Notes under the pieces: model-generated
The model's input: only the letters and a program-made list of their open reading frames with translations
Told to the model about the DNA's origin: nothing
Database searches by the model: none
From: Bacteroidia bacterium
GTDB taxonomy: Bacteria > Bacteroidota > Bacteroidia > UKL13-3
Length of the DNA: 64,000 nt
NCBI GenBank assembly: GCA_051861545.1
Contig: JBIMKP010000022.1
Location: 2,025-66,024 of the forward strand
Reading direction: 5' to 3'
Position numbers and translations under genes: made by a program
In this document: piece by piece, positions 41,670 through 51,839 of the stretch
How the letters are laid out: the number at the start of each line of letters is the position of its first letter
Position numbering within the stretch: position 1 is the first letter of the stretch

Positions 41670-42365
41670 ATGTTAGACAAAAGTAAACCCCTTTTAGTTG
41701 CCTTAACAGGTGCCGGAGTTAGTGCAGAAAGTGGATTAAAGACATTTAGAGACAGCGATGGTCTTTGGGAAGGCTATAATGTTTACGATGTTGCCACACC
41801 TGAGGCATGGAAAAAAAATCCAGAAATGGTACAAGATTTTTACAATATGAGACGAAAATCTGTCCTAGAGACCCAACCAAATGCGGCTCATCAAATTTTA
41901 GCGAATCTTGAAAAAGACTTTAATGTTACCATAATTACTCAAAATGTAGATGATTTGCATGAAAGAGCTGGTTCTAAAAATGTCATGCATTTACATGGTG
42001 AAATTTTATTTTCAAGGAGTTCTGTTAACAGAAATTTAATTTATCCAATTAATGGATGGGAGATTAAAATGGGTGAATTATGTGAATTGGGTTCACAATT
42101 ACGTCCACATATTGTATGGTTTGGAGAAGATGTTCCTATGATTGAAAAAGCAGCATCTTTGGTTCCTCAGGCTGATATCTTTTTGATTGTTGGAACAAGC
42201 TTGCAAGTTTATCCTGCAGCAGGTTTAACCAGGTTTGTTAGACCTGATGTGCCCGTTTATTTAATAGATCCTAAACCAATTGATGTTTATAACCCCAATT
42301 TAATTTCAATTAAAAAAGTAGCAAGTGAAGGAATGCTTGAATTTGAAAAGTTAGTAAAAGCCTAG
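41670..42365 (+). CDS. cobB: NAD-dependent protein deacylase, Sir2 family
   Basis: GAGVSAESGLKTFR, QNVDDLHERAG, small zinc-binding module. The ORF-track start at 41568 overlaps the neighbouring gene, so the Met at 41670 was preferred. Confidence 0.8.
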   Translation: MLDKSKPLLVALTGAGVSAESGLKTFRDSDGLWEGYNVYDVATPEAWKKNPEMVQDFYNMRRKSVLETQPNAAHQILANLEKDFNVTIITQNVDDLHERAGSKNVMHLHGEILFSRSSVNRNLIYPINGWEIKMGELCELGSQLRPHIVWFGEDVPMIEKAASLVPQADIFLIVGTSLQVYPAAGLTRFVRPDVPVYLIDPKPIDVYNPNLISIKKVASEGMLEFEKLVKA

Positions 42366-43372
42366 ATTCCAAGCCATTCTTTAGCTGTTTTAAATAACAA
42401 CTTTTCTTTGTCTTCTTGTGAGATTTCTTTCATTAATTCAATAAATCGTCCATGTTCTAAATCGCCTAATGGGAAGGGGAAATCACTTCCCATTGCTATT
42501 TTATCAGCACCGAATTGATTGAATAAAAACCTGAAAGTATCATCATCATGAACCAATGAATCGACATAAAATTTTCCTATATAATCTTTAGGGTCAGCAA
42601 TTTTGTGTACATTACATAAATCAGGACGTGCATGAAAAGCGTGCGAGATTCTTCCTAAAGTTTGCGGAAAACAACCTCCTCCATGAGCAAATAAGATTCT
42701 GAGTTTTGGGAATTTATCAAAAATTCCTCCAAAAATCATACTGCAAATTGCCAATGATGTTTCTGCTGGCATACCAATTAACCAAGGTAGAAAATACTTA
42801 GGCATTCTTTCTTGACCCATCATATCCCAAGGGTGAACAAAGATACACATGCCTAATTTTTCAGCTGTTTCATAAAATGGATAATAGTATTCATCATCCA
42901 AGTTTCTATGTTCAATATGAGTTCCAATTTCAACTCCAGGAAGGTTTAATTCGTGTTTGCAACGTGAAAGTTCTTGACAAGCTAAATCAATATCTTGCAT
43001 AGGTAAAGTTCCTAAACCAACAAATCTAGTAGGGTAGGTCTCTTGAATTTTTGCTACATGGTCGTTATAATATTTTGCCCATTCAAGTGTATGTTCTGGT
43101 TTAGCCCAATAGTAGAAAAGAACGGGTACAATTGATAATGCCATCATTTGAACTTGGTGCTTGTCCATGTGTTCTATGATAGATTCTGGATTCCAACACA
43201 ACTCATCAATGGCTCTAAAAAAAGTGCCATCAGCTTTCATCATATTTGCACGTCCCGGCTGGAAATGATCTAAGTAAATGAATTCATCGCCATAACCATA
43301 TTTATCTTTAAGGTTTGGCATAAACTGGGGTAGTATATGGGCGTGAACATCTATTTTACTAAAAGAATTCAT
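42362..43372 (-). CDS. amidohydrolase-2 family, 2-amino-3-carboxymuconate-6-semialdehyde decarboxylase-like
   Basis: 336 aa; near-colinear similarity to ACMSD, including HxH at the N-terminus (IDVHAHIL), VPVLFYYWAKPE, GLGTLPMQ, FVHPWDM, GMPAETSLAICSMIFGG, FAHGGG. Confidence 0.8.
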   Translation of the reverse strand: MNSFSKIDVHAHILPQFMPNLKDKYGYGDEFIYLDHFQPGRANMMKADGTFFRAIDELCWNPESIIEHMDKHQVQMMALSIVPVLFYYWAKPEHTLEWAKYYNDHVAKIQETYPTRFVGLGTLPMQDIDLACQELSRCKHELNLPGVEIGTHIEHRNLDDEYYYPFYETAEKLGMCIFVHPWDMMGQERMPKYFLPWLIGMPAETSLAICSMIFGGIFDKFPKLRILFAHGGGCFPQTLGRISHAFHARPDLCNVHKIADPKDYIGKFYVDSLVHDDDTFRFLFNQFGADKIAMGSDFPFPLGDLEHGRFIELMKEISQEDKEKLLFKTAKEWLGI

Positions 43373-43441
43373 TTTGGTTTTGGTTTACTCGGTGGCAAAT
43401 TAAGAAAAACAGATGAAACCACTTGAATATGAATGAAGCTT

Positions 43442-43483
43442 AAAAAAAAAGTCCATTAAGAAGCTGATTCTTAATGGACTTTA
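43442..43483 (-). terminator. intrinsic terminator after the AIM24-family gene
   Basis: 13-bp stem AGTCCATTAAGAA/TTCTTAATGGACT with an A9 run (T9 on the minus strand). Confidence 0.7.
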
Positions 43484-43501
43484 TACTATTAATGATGAAA
43501 A

Positions 43502-44296
43502 TTAATAACCGTCACCATCTAAAATATTACCTAAACCACCTAAAATTCCACCTTCTTCTCTTCTTCCACCAACAGCGCCATAGCTTAAAATTCTTCCAGC
43601 TAATCTTGAAATTGGTAATGATTGAATCCAAACTTTACCAGGTCCTCTTAAAGTAGCATAAAAAACACCTTCACCACCGAATAAAGTATTTTTAATTCCA
43701 CCAACAAATTGAATATCATAATCAACCTCTTTAGTAAATGCTACGATACAACCTGTATCAATTTTCAACATTTCACCAGGTTTCAATTCTCTTTCTTCAA
43801 CATGTCCGCCTGCATGTAAGAATGCTAATCCATCACCTTCTAATTTTTGCATGATGAAACCTTCACCACCAAACAGTCCTGTACCTAATTTCTTTTGAAA
43901 TTCAATACCAACACTTACACCTTTAGCAGCACATAAAAAAGAATCTTTCTGACAAGTAATTTTTCCACCTAAACGATACAAATCCATAGGAATAATTTTT
44001 CCAGGATATGGTGATGCAAAGGTTACTTGCTTTTTGCCTGAACCCATATTTGTGTAGGCAGTCATAAATAAACTTTCACCAGTTAAAAGTCGTTTTCCTG
44101 CCGACATTAACTTTCCAAAAATTCCACTTTGTTGTTGTGAACCATCTCCAAATATGGTATTCATTTGAACCCCGTCATTCATCATCATAAAACTTCCGGG
44201 TTCTGCCATAACTGTTTCTTGAGGGTCTAGCTCAATTTCTACACATTGCATTTCACTACCAAAAATGCGGTAGTCTATTTCATGATTACTAATCAT
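43502..44296 (-). CDS. AIM24/TIGR00266 (DUF124) family protein
   Basis: 264 aa; characteristic Gly-rich beta-sandwich sequence; C-terminal GGREEGG tail. Confidence 0.8.
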   Translation of the reverse strand: MISNHEIDYRIFGSEMQCVEIELDPQETVMAEPGSFMMMNDGVQMNTIFGDGSQQQSGIFGKLMSAGKRLLTGESLFMTAYTNMGSGKKQVTFASPYPGKIIPMDLYRLGGKITCQKDSFLCAAKGVSVGIEFQKKLGTGLFGGEGFIMQKLEGDGLAFLHAGGHVEERELKPGEMLKIDTGCIVAFTKEVDYDIQFVGGIKNTLFGGEGVFYATLRGPGKVWIQSLPISRLAGRILSYGAVGGRREEGGILGGLGNILDGDGY

Positions 44297-44967
44297 TGTT
44301 ATTTAAAATTTGATTCAAAAATATTGTATTAAATCAGAATGATAAAATAGTTTTGATAAGGGGGATAATTAATTGTAAAAACGGAAATATTTGATGTTGC
44401 CTTAAATCGATTAAGGTTTCCCTAAATTAGGTGAAATTTGCCATTAAAAACAATTTGACACTTACGAAAAGATTCTGGTTTTGGAATTTTGAAGATGGAT
44501 TGTAATTGACGTAAATACTTGATTATTAAAATTTTCAATTCATTTACCCCATAAAAAACAAAAACCCGACTGTTTGATTTGCATCAGGGACAACCGGGAT
44601 AACGGATCAAATATACTACTTGTTTTTGAATTTCCTAATATTGATTCAAAAAAATAAAAAAAACATGAATCAACAAGAATTTGAAATGGCCATTTCAAAA
44701 GCTCGTTTCGAAAAATATTTAAATGCTACTAATTGTGATTTTGATAAAGCCCTTCAATTTGTTTTTTCAAGTTTAATTTATTGAAAAACGAATATCTGTA
44801 TGTTTACCAGTAAATTATATTAGTAAATTCCTAAATATTTTAAAATTGATTTATGAATTGTATTTAGGTAAAATAAATTAAAAATAGAATCCTGTTTATT
44901 ACGAAATTTCCTAAAATCCTATAGGGATGATATTATAGTAGTAAACAAAACTGAATGAATTACCCAG

Positions 44968-45016
44968 ACGCCAAAACGGGCGCGAACCGAAGGTTCGCGA
45001 CCGTTTTGGCGTCAGA
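44968..45016. repeat. GC-rich near-perfect palindrome (22-bp stem, one mismatch, GAA loop)
   Basis: GACGCCAAAACGGGCGCGAACC-GAA-GGTTCGCGACCGTTTTGGCGTC in a 1-kb AT-rich ORF-free region. Confidence 0.6.
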
Positions 45017-45340
45017 GTGCTGTTATTAATTTACTGGTAAAGAAGCGGATATTCGTGAAGTGGAATTTAGTAATTTAAGAAGCAATATAATTACAGAAAT
45101 TTTGAAATGAGCTCAATTTGAAATTTCTCTGTTTTCAGCGGTTTTAATAGGACTGATTTAATTGTGTTTATTGTCTATTGTGCAGATTTTCTAAAATAAA
45201 CCTTAAGGTTTGGCAAATTGTTGATGGGCGTGCGTTTTGACTAAAATGGAAATAGGGGAATGGATTAAATCAATTACTAAAATTGTACCTTCTTTAAACA
45301 TTTAATGATAAACGTGATTGCTTGATTGGGATTATTTTTC

Positions 45341-45894
45341 TCAAGTTATTTTATTTAAATCAGCCTTAATTTTATCAAGCTCTATTAGTAAGTAATTTAT
45401 TTCAAGTCCTTCAAATTGGTTTCTAAGATTCAGACTAATTTTAATCTTTCTACAAAGCCAATCTGTAAATGGCCCATAATTATATTTTTCGGCCGGAGAT
45501 CCATCAAAAGCACAATCTGCTTGAATATAGAGTTCCACATTTGGGTTTTCTGAATTAAGCTTGAAATGATAGAAGTTATAGCCCTGCCATTGTGCAAAAA
45601 CAAATTGATTAGGACTGATTTCATTTTTGTCTAATTCAATAGCTCTTTTGAAACCTCACTAGCATAATTTAAACCTGAAAGGGAAAAATCTTGGTGGTCA
45701 TAAATTTTTAACTTTGATTTTGCCATCTTGAATAAAAATAATCTATATGCTTTTGGAAATGTAACTCCTATCAGTTTTTCATATCTAATAATTTCTTCTT
45801 CACTATATCCTTCCGGAAATATTTCAAGTTTATTTTTAATTAGAAAATCAAGAATGGAACAATAGAAATTCTCAAGATAATCTGTTTTGTTCAT
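45341..45894 (-). pseudogene. SMI1/KNR4 (SUKH-1) family immunity-type protein, frameshifted
   Basis: N-terminal 87-aa ORF (…FPEGYSEEEIIRYEKLIGVTFPKAYRLFLFK…) stops at 45631. The continuation KNEISPNQFVFAQWQGYNFYH...ELYIQADCAFDG...DKIKADLNKIT is open in another frame down to 45341. Confidence 0.65.
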
Positions 45895-45904
45895 ATTTTA
45901 CTTA

Positions 45905-46846
45905 TTACCAAGGTAGCTTTAGTTTTTCTATTTCTGTTGTGTATAAATTTTCAAGTTTTTCTATGATATCATGTGAGATAAATGACTCTGTGCTTTTAAC
46001 ATTGCTTATAAGCTGTTCAATAGTTAAATTACCTGGAATTACAGTGGAAACAGCATCATAAGCTAAACAGAAAGCTATTGCTTTTTGAGCCATGTTTTCT
46101 TCTTGCCCCACAATAGACCTAACTTTATTTACTAATTCAGCTCTGGTTTCGATATCATTTTTTGACCACCTGCTTCTTATATCATTAAAAACACTTTCTG
46201 AATTATATTTTCCACTTAACCAACCCGAATCAAGAGGGATTTTAACTATAATTCCAATATCTTTTTGTTGTGCCTGTTTAAACCCTCGCAAAGTATCTTG
46301 ATGAAAAATATTAAAAAACACTTCCATTACTTTTGAGTTAGTGGTTTCCATCAATAACTTCATGTCGTCATAAGTATCTAAAGAAGCACCATAAGCTTTT
46401 ATTTTGCCTTCATCTATAAGTTTGTCGAGAATTTCATAATGGTCATTTTTGTTGCCATCAAAATATTTTGAAGGTGGATTGTGAATGATAAGTGAGTCGA
46501 CATAATCTACCTGAAGTCTTTTAAGGCTTCCTTCTAAAGATTCTCTGATGTAATTCGAATTAAAATTTAATAAGCCATCATGTGTGTGACCAAATTTTGT
46601 ATTAATTACAATTGTATTTCGCTCAACTCTTTTAAGTGCTTTTCCTAATCTTTCCTCACCAGAACCATGACCATAATTTGGAGCTGTATCAAAGAAGTTA
46701 ATTCCCAAATCCAAAGATTGATGAACAAGATTAATTGCCTCAGGTTCTGACATACTTTTCCATCCCGAATTTTGTCCTAATTGCCAAGCACCAAGACCAA
46801 TTTCAGATATATTTATGGAGTTATTGATGTATTTCTTGTATTTCAT
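45905..46846 (-). CDS. aldo/keto reductase
   Basis: 313 aa; GLGAWQLG, DTAPNYGHG, IIHNP motifs. Confidence 0.85.
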   Translation of the reverse strand: MKYKKYINNSINISEIGLGAWQLGQNSGWKSMSEPEAINLVHQSLDLGINFFDTAPNYGHGSGEERLGKALKRVERNTIVINTKFGHTHDGLLNFNSNYIRESLEGSLKRLQVDYVDSLIIHNPPSKYFDGNKNDHYEILDKLIDEGKIKAYGASLDTYDDMKLLMETTNSKVMEVFFNIFHQDTLRGFKQAQQKDIGIIVKIPLDSGWLSGKYNSESVFNDIRSRWSKNDIETRAELVNKVRSIVGQEENMAQKAIAFCLAYDAVSTVIPGNLTIEQLISNVKSTESFISHDIIEKLENLYTTEIEKLKLPW

Positions 46847-46946
46847 TTGTTGAAAATTTCTTTTAAAGGATTCTCTTAGTCTAAACTTTATTCTTTGCTA
46901 TTTCTGGAATTTAATCAACTGAATATTCTTATATTTCATTGTTCTT

Positions 46947-47378
46947 TTATTGCTTAAACATTTGACTGGAAATTATTCCTTTATTATTTTGATTTGGCTC
47001 AATTAAGTCCCATAAATTGCCATATAAGTCTTCGAATACAGCAACTGTTCCATATTCAAAAGTAGTAGGAGCTCTAACAAAATTTATTTGATTATTTAAC
47101 ATTTTGTTATAATCTCTAAAAAAGTCATCAGTGAATAGAAAAAAACCTACTCGTCCGCCGGTTTGATTTCCAATACTTTCCCTTTGTTTATCATTTGAAG
47201 CTTTAGCTAGTAAAATGCAACATTCTTTTGCTCCTTTGGGAGCAATGAGTACCCACCTTTTTTCATAGTTTAAGAATGTATCTTCCAAAAGTTGAAAGTC
47301 AAGTTTCTTAGTGTAGAAATCGATAGCCTCATCATAATCGTTTACTACCAATGCAATATGTGCAATTCTTTGATACAT
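46947..47378 (-). CDS. VOC (glyoxalase/bleomycin-resistance) family protein
   Basis: IAHIALVVNDYDEAIDFYTKKLDF. Confidence 0.7.
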   Translation of the reverse strand: MYQRIAHIALVVNDYDEAIDFYTKKLDFQLLEDTFLNYEKRWVLIAPKGAKECCILLAKASNDKQRESIGNQTGGRVGFFLFTDDFFRDYNKMLNNQINFVRAPTTFEYGTVAVFEDLYGNLWDLIEPNQNNKGIISSQMFKQ

Positions 47379-47470
47379 TTCGTTTATTTATTACTTATAG
47401 ATTTTTGATATAAGGTTTACTATCGAATGAATATATTCAATTGTTTAAGCTACTTTTCAAATATTTGGTT

Positions 47471-47818
47471 TTATTGTGTTCCTTTTAGAAAATCACCATC
47501 AATAATAAGAAGTTTTACTCCCTTAGCGGATAAAGATCTGTGAGAGCTAAGTCCATCAGAAACCACGTATGTTTCTCCTTTTGTTAGTTTAATTTTTTCA
47601 CCTGTTTTCAGTTCACTAATAAACTCGCCTTCCAAACAATGCACAATATGTCCTTTTTGACACCAATGGTCTGCTAAATAGCCTTTAGAATATTCTACAA
47701 GTCGAATTCTAAGCCCTTCAAGTTGCAGAGTTTGCCAATAGGCAGAACCGGTTTCGCCTTTATGTTCAATTTTTTCTATAGCAGTCCAATCTATAGTTTG
47801 AAATGGTATGTTAAACAT
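47471..47818 (-). CDS. cupin-domain protein
   Basis: 115 aa; HxH...E...H-type beta-barrel segment (DHWCQKGHIVHCLEGEF). Confidence 0.55.
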   Translation of the reverse strand: MFNIPFQTIDWTAIEKIEHKGETGSAYWQTLQLEGLRIRLVEYSKGYLADHWCQKGHIVHCLEGEFISELKTGEKIKLTKGETYVVSDGLSSHRSLSAKGVKLLIIDGDFLKGTQ

Positions 47819-47985
47819 TTTGTTTGTGGGTTTATAATAGTGATTTTATCTTAGGTTTTGAAGAGAAATAGTGAGGATAAGGTTATAATTTAATTTATTT
47901 TATTGATGCGAATTTTTCTAAAACAATTATCCTTCGAATCCAAGCCTATAATTCATCTACTAAGCAGTTGATGATGTCTTTTAAA

Positions 47986-48534
47986 CTAATAATCTTCTTC
48001 TAATTCTCTTTTTATAATTTGTTTTGCTGATTTCCTATCTGTCTTACGAATTTTGGATTTTTCTTTTTGGTGGTATTTTTTCTTATCACTAAAAAAGTTC
48101 ATGCTTGTCCATGCTAAACCGGAATCATTTTTTACTATTAAACCATTCCAAATGCAGTCTTCGTAAGGACAACTATGCTTTGAGTATGTTCCAAAATTTC
48201 TATGTTTAATTCTCTTTTCAGAAAGGATTTTATGTTGATTTATTTTAATAGTATTCCAAATATTCTCTTGGTCTCCTTTAGTAAGAATTTGACCTAATGT
48301 TGATACTTCAACATATGTCATTGGGTCTTTAAGTTGTAGGAAATCAAATGTCTTAATAAAAAAATTGTGTGCATGGTTTCTAACCTGGATTTTATGTTCA
48401 ATATTTAATTTGTCATTTTCTAATAATGAACGGTAAAGACCTAAGGTATTGAAGTCCTCATATTCTTTATAATTGTCTATGTAAAACAAATATTCTGCAA
48501 TTGTTAAAAGACTAAATTTTTTGCCAATTTTCAT
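47986..48534 (-). CDS. hypothetical protein, Lys-rich C-terminus
   Basis: 182 aa, no recognisable domain. Confidence 0.4.
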   Translation of the reverse strand: MKIGKKFSLLTIAEYLFYIDNYKEYEDFNTLGLYRSLLENDKLNIEHKIQVRNHAHNFFIKTFDFLQLKDPMTYVEVSTLGQILTKGDQENIWNTIKINQHKILSEKRIKHRNFGTYSKHSCPYEDCIWNGLIVKNDSGLAWTSMNFFSDKKKYHQKEKSKIRKTDRKSAKQIIKRELEEDY

Positions 48535-48726
48535 TCTTCAATTTGTATCTTTTGTTAATATTATCTTTTTGAAATTTTTTAGATTGGATAATATGTTAGC
48601 CGCGCTCTAGCCTTTAAAATACTATATTTCTTTTGAAGGCCATACTTCAATAATAGTAAAATTCGATTAAGTGATGATAATATACTTAAATGAAGGTAAT
48701 TTTTTGATGACTGAAATTGTTTCTTT

Positions 48727-49338
48727 TTAAGTAGAAAGTTTGTCTTTTAAAATGATTTTTAGTTTCTGAAATACATAATAAACTAAAAGTCCGATTAAGA
48801 ACCCAATTAAAAGTCCAACAACTGCCCCTATAAATAATGCAGTTTCTGTTGTGAACCAATGAACTAAATTGTTTAGTATCCAAATTCCTATTGAACCAAC
48901 AAATACTCCGGCTGTAGTTGTTGTTGAAAAGATAAATGTTTTGATAGCACTCTTGACCGATTTATAATAAATCCCTATAATAACTGAAGCAAAAATTATT
49001 CCGATACCAATTAATCCAATGATTAGTAAAATTTCTATGGCGGTCAAAACTATACCCGCTCCGATACCAAGAAACATCAATCCAATTCCCATCAATCCAA
49101 ATATCCCAGGTCCGTTTAATACATCACCTTCAATCTCTTCGTTAAAGTTCTCTGTTTGGTTTTGAGTTAATGTGTCAGCCTTGATTTTTTTTGCTTGTGT
49201 ATCATTTCTTATTTGACCATAAGAATATGAAGAAGTAAAAGTCAGAATTGAAATTATTAACAAGCCTACAAAAACCTTTAAAATTGCAATTATGCTTTTA
49301 AAAGTTACCATTCCCATTTTATTTATCAAGGTCTTCAT
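48727..49338 (-). CDS. hypothetical membrane protein with extended glycine-zipper helices
   Basis: GIFGLMGIGLMFLGIGAGIVLTAIEILLIIGLIGIGIIF; overlaps the upstream gene by 20 nt. Confidence 0.5.
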   Translation of the reverse strand: MKTLINKMGMVTFKSIIAILKVFVGLLIISILTFTSSYSYGQIRNDTQAKKIKADTLTQNQTENFNEEIEGDVLNGPGIFGLMGIGLMFLGIGAGIVLTAIEILLIIGLIGIGIIFASVIIGIYYKSVKSAIKTFIFSTTTTAGVFVGSIGIWILNNLVHWFTTETALFIGAVVGLLIGFLIGLLVYYVFQKLKIILKDKLST

Positions 49339-49924
49339 ATTTATAGGAGTTTGTGGTTAATGTTTTGTCTTTTAAATATCCCCAATACGTTTCGTTTCGA
49401 TTTGGGTTTGTTATATATTCAATACCATCTACGCAATCATTTGTATCAAATTCGAAACTAACATTCCCTTTTGCATATAACTTTAAGTCACAAGCTCCGT
49501 AAGGAAAATAAATTGATGTGTCTAGCCAATACTCATAACAATCATTATCTATATTTTCTAGGGTCCATTCTCTTTTATATTCTACTTGTTTGCCTGTTTT
49601 GTCCTTTAAGATTTCTTTATTATCATAAGGTGAAATAGATATTTTTCCTGCTACTACATTTATAAATGTCAAAGTACCAAAACCCTGAATTATTGTTTCA
49701 TGAGCAGAAGAATTCTGAATTATTGATTTTAAATTAATTTCCTTTTCTAAGTTTTTGAATTGTGTCCAGTCAAAACCAGGCATTAGGCCGGCACCCCAGA
49801 CTTTAAATGAAACTGTTTTTGGTAGGATATTAGTTGGTTCGAAAAAAATAGTCTTGCTATCGTAAAAGTTTACACTATTTGCGTCATCAAATAATTCTCT
49901 TGTTAAGTCTATTGTTACTTTCAT
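49319..49924 (-). CDS. hypothetical soluble protein
   Basis: 201 aa; no known motif; translationally coupled to the 48727..49338 gene. Confidence 0.45.
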   Translation of the reverse strand: MKVTIDLTRELFDDANSVNFYDSKTIFFEPTNILPKTVSFKVWGAGLMPGFDWTQFKNLEKEINLKSIIQNSSAHETIIQGFGTLTFINVVAGKISISPYDNKEILKDKTGKQVEYKREWTLENIDNDCYEYWLDTSIYFPYGACDLKLYAKGNVSFEFDTNDCVDGIEYITNPNRNETYWGYLKDKTLTTNSYKYEDLDK

Positions 49925-50107
49925 TTTAATTACTGTTTAGTTATTCGATGTCCTCGTTTTTGAATTAGGCTAAGTTTAGAAAATGTGCTGTTTTGGGCTG
50001 TGCTACTTTTGTTGTCCAATAAGTTTCAAATTAGTACTAAAATTTAATAGAAGTGCAAGGCTATTACTTGGCACATCTGCCCACCTGAAACAAAACCCTT
50101 TTTAGTT

Positions 50108-50542
50108 TTACGTTTTATTTAATGTCTGTAATTCACTTATTAATTCTTCTAATCGGGTCTTTGTGCTTCGCTTACTATAGTTGTAAATTGGTCTAAATAT
50201 TAGGAACATCAAAAACAAATAGAATAAAGTGCAAACTGCAATTGGAATGAACATTTTATTTAATATTGAAAAATACATCCCCAATAAAGGTAGGATAGTA
50301 AATGTAGCAGTTATTCGCATATCTAAGATTAAATACCCGTTTATTTCAGTTCCTTTATCCGTCGCTTTCCAAGTTAAATTAACCATAGGTCTGAATGCAT
50401 TTCTTATTGGAAATTGACCAAGTGTAAATTTTGTATTATTGTTTATAATTGAACCATAAAATGCATTGTTAGACGACATTTGAAAAGAGTTGTATTGCTG
50501 AATATTAGTTTCTATGATACTTTGTGCTTGCTTTACGGTCAA
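50108..50542 (-). CDS. hypothetical membrane protein
   Basis: 144 aa; two C-terminal TM helices. Confidence 0.45.
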   Translation of the reverse strand: MTVKQAQSIIETNIQQYNSFQMSSNNAFYGSIINNNTKFTLGQFPIRNAFRPMVNLTWKATDKGTEINGYLILDMRITATFTILPLLGMYFSILNKMFIPIAVCTLFYLFLMFLIFRPIYNYSKRSTKTRLEELISELQTLNKT

Positions 50543-50558
50543 ATCACTAACTAATGTA

Positions 50559-50802
50559 GGGCTTGCTGAAAATCTAAATTAGCACTAATTATCAATCAAT
50601 TGAATTAGTTTTTTATAAATCACGGGAAAGGTTTTAAGAACAATTGCTTAAAAATCCTTGCATCAAGTAAAATTAGATTTCAAATTACCTAAAGACAGAA
50701 ACAAGGCCATCTTTGTCGTTGCTGCCAAACTGAGGTATTATTTATACATCTATTTTGGCAGCGTCTAAAATCTGACCTGTTTCTGTCTTTTTCAGCGGGC
50801 CC
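50559..50802 (+). mobile_element. MITE-like palindromic element, copy 3
   Basis: TIRs GGGCTTGCTGAAAA...TTTTCAGCGGGCCC; 7-bp TSD TAATGTA (50552..50558 and 50803..50809); lies 16 bp upstream of the start codon of the 50108..50542 gene. Confidence 0.85.
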
Positions 50803-51027
50803 TAATGTAAATTTATCGGTCTTAAATGGAAACATATGTCTGTTATCTTGGGCTTAAATCTAAGGTTTTTTAGCTAGACGAAGTGGTTGACTTTGATGCA
50901 CCTACTTTCAATTTGGCATATAATCCGATAATTTGCCAAACTGCGGTTAAAGTTTTGGGCTCAATTTCGGTTAAGATTATTTTTTATTTTCCTGTTCTTC
51001 AAAATTGTTAAAGTATGTAAAAGGCAT

Positions 51028-51690
51028 TTAAAGGGCCTGTTTGCGGTAAGCTTTAACGGCTCGTTTAAGCGCTTTTTCAATATTTTTAAAGTTTACATGT
51101 TGGCTTTTACTGTACATGTTTCTATCCCAATGTACTTGCTGTCCGTTAATAAAGCTTAGGCCATTTTCATCAAATACACAAAACAATATAGTTAGCGTAT
51201 TCTGCATAAACAAAATTTGGCCCGGTGGAGAAGTTACACCTTCATATGCTGAAAAATTTAGGATAGGTAACATGTGCGCTTGAGTTACTGAGTAATTTTT
51301 ACTTAACGAATCGAGCAATGGCTTAAAAAATAACTTATCACTAACAACACTTAGAGGTGCTGCTTGCACCGTAAAAGGTTTAATCTTAAAAAGAATATCA
51401 TTATTTAAGGCTGTAAAAAGGTGTTTAATAATGGTATCTCTATAGAAGGTATCATTAAGTAATATTCTTTGGCCAGTTTTATTGGTAGCTATATGGTTTA
51501 TAAGCCCACAATAAATCACCTGATTTGTGATTAAAGGCTTAGCAGACATTGCTTGGCTATGTTTCAGATTAAAACGTCTGTAAGCGATATTTTTATTATT
51601 GCAAGCCACCAATAGCATCAAGCAAATAAGTGCAACATAGTGGCTTTTAAAAACCAATTTATTATTCAATAGATAGATTTTCGGTATCAT
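51028..51690 (-). CDS. hypothetical lipoprotein
   Basis: Lipobox LLVAC; 220 aa. Confidence 0.5.
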   Translation of the reverse strand: MIPKIYLLNNKLVFKSHYVALICLMLLVACNNKNIAYRRFNLKHSQAMSAKPLITNQVIYCGLINHIATNKTGQRILLNDTFYRDTIIKHLFTALNNDILFKIKPFTVQAAPLSVVSDKLFFKPLLDSLSKNYSVTQAHMLPILNFSAYEGVTSPPGQILFMQNTLTILFCVFDENGLSFINGQQVHWDRNMYSKSQHVNFKNIEKALKRAVKAYRKQAL

Positions 51691-51728
51691 TATTTAAAAT
51701 GGCTTATATCGTTTTATATATTTGTTTT

Positions 51729-51826
51729 TGGCCGGCGTTTATAATCAAATGTATATATGGGAAACGAATTAATCAACCAATAAAATCGCATTAGAAGGAG
51801 AGGTATTGCATTTAAATTGTTATATT
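51729..51826 (-). promoter_or_regulatory. conserved upstream module A (promoter plus conserved ~50-bp upstream sequence)
   Basis: One of four similar ~100-bp modules; on the minus strand it reads TTGATTAATTCGTTTCCCATATATACATTTGA, i.e. -33 TTG / -7 TAnnTTTG. Confidence 0.5.
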
Positions 51827-51839
51827 GAGTTTTCAATCG

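Noticed and set aside
44968-45016. GC-rich hairpin as a tRNA or as an intrinsic terminator
   Set aside because: It has no cloverleaf, no T-loop GTTCRA motif and no anticodon arm. It also lacks a U-tract on either side, so it is not a canonical terminator.
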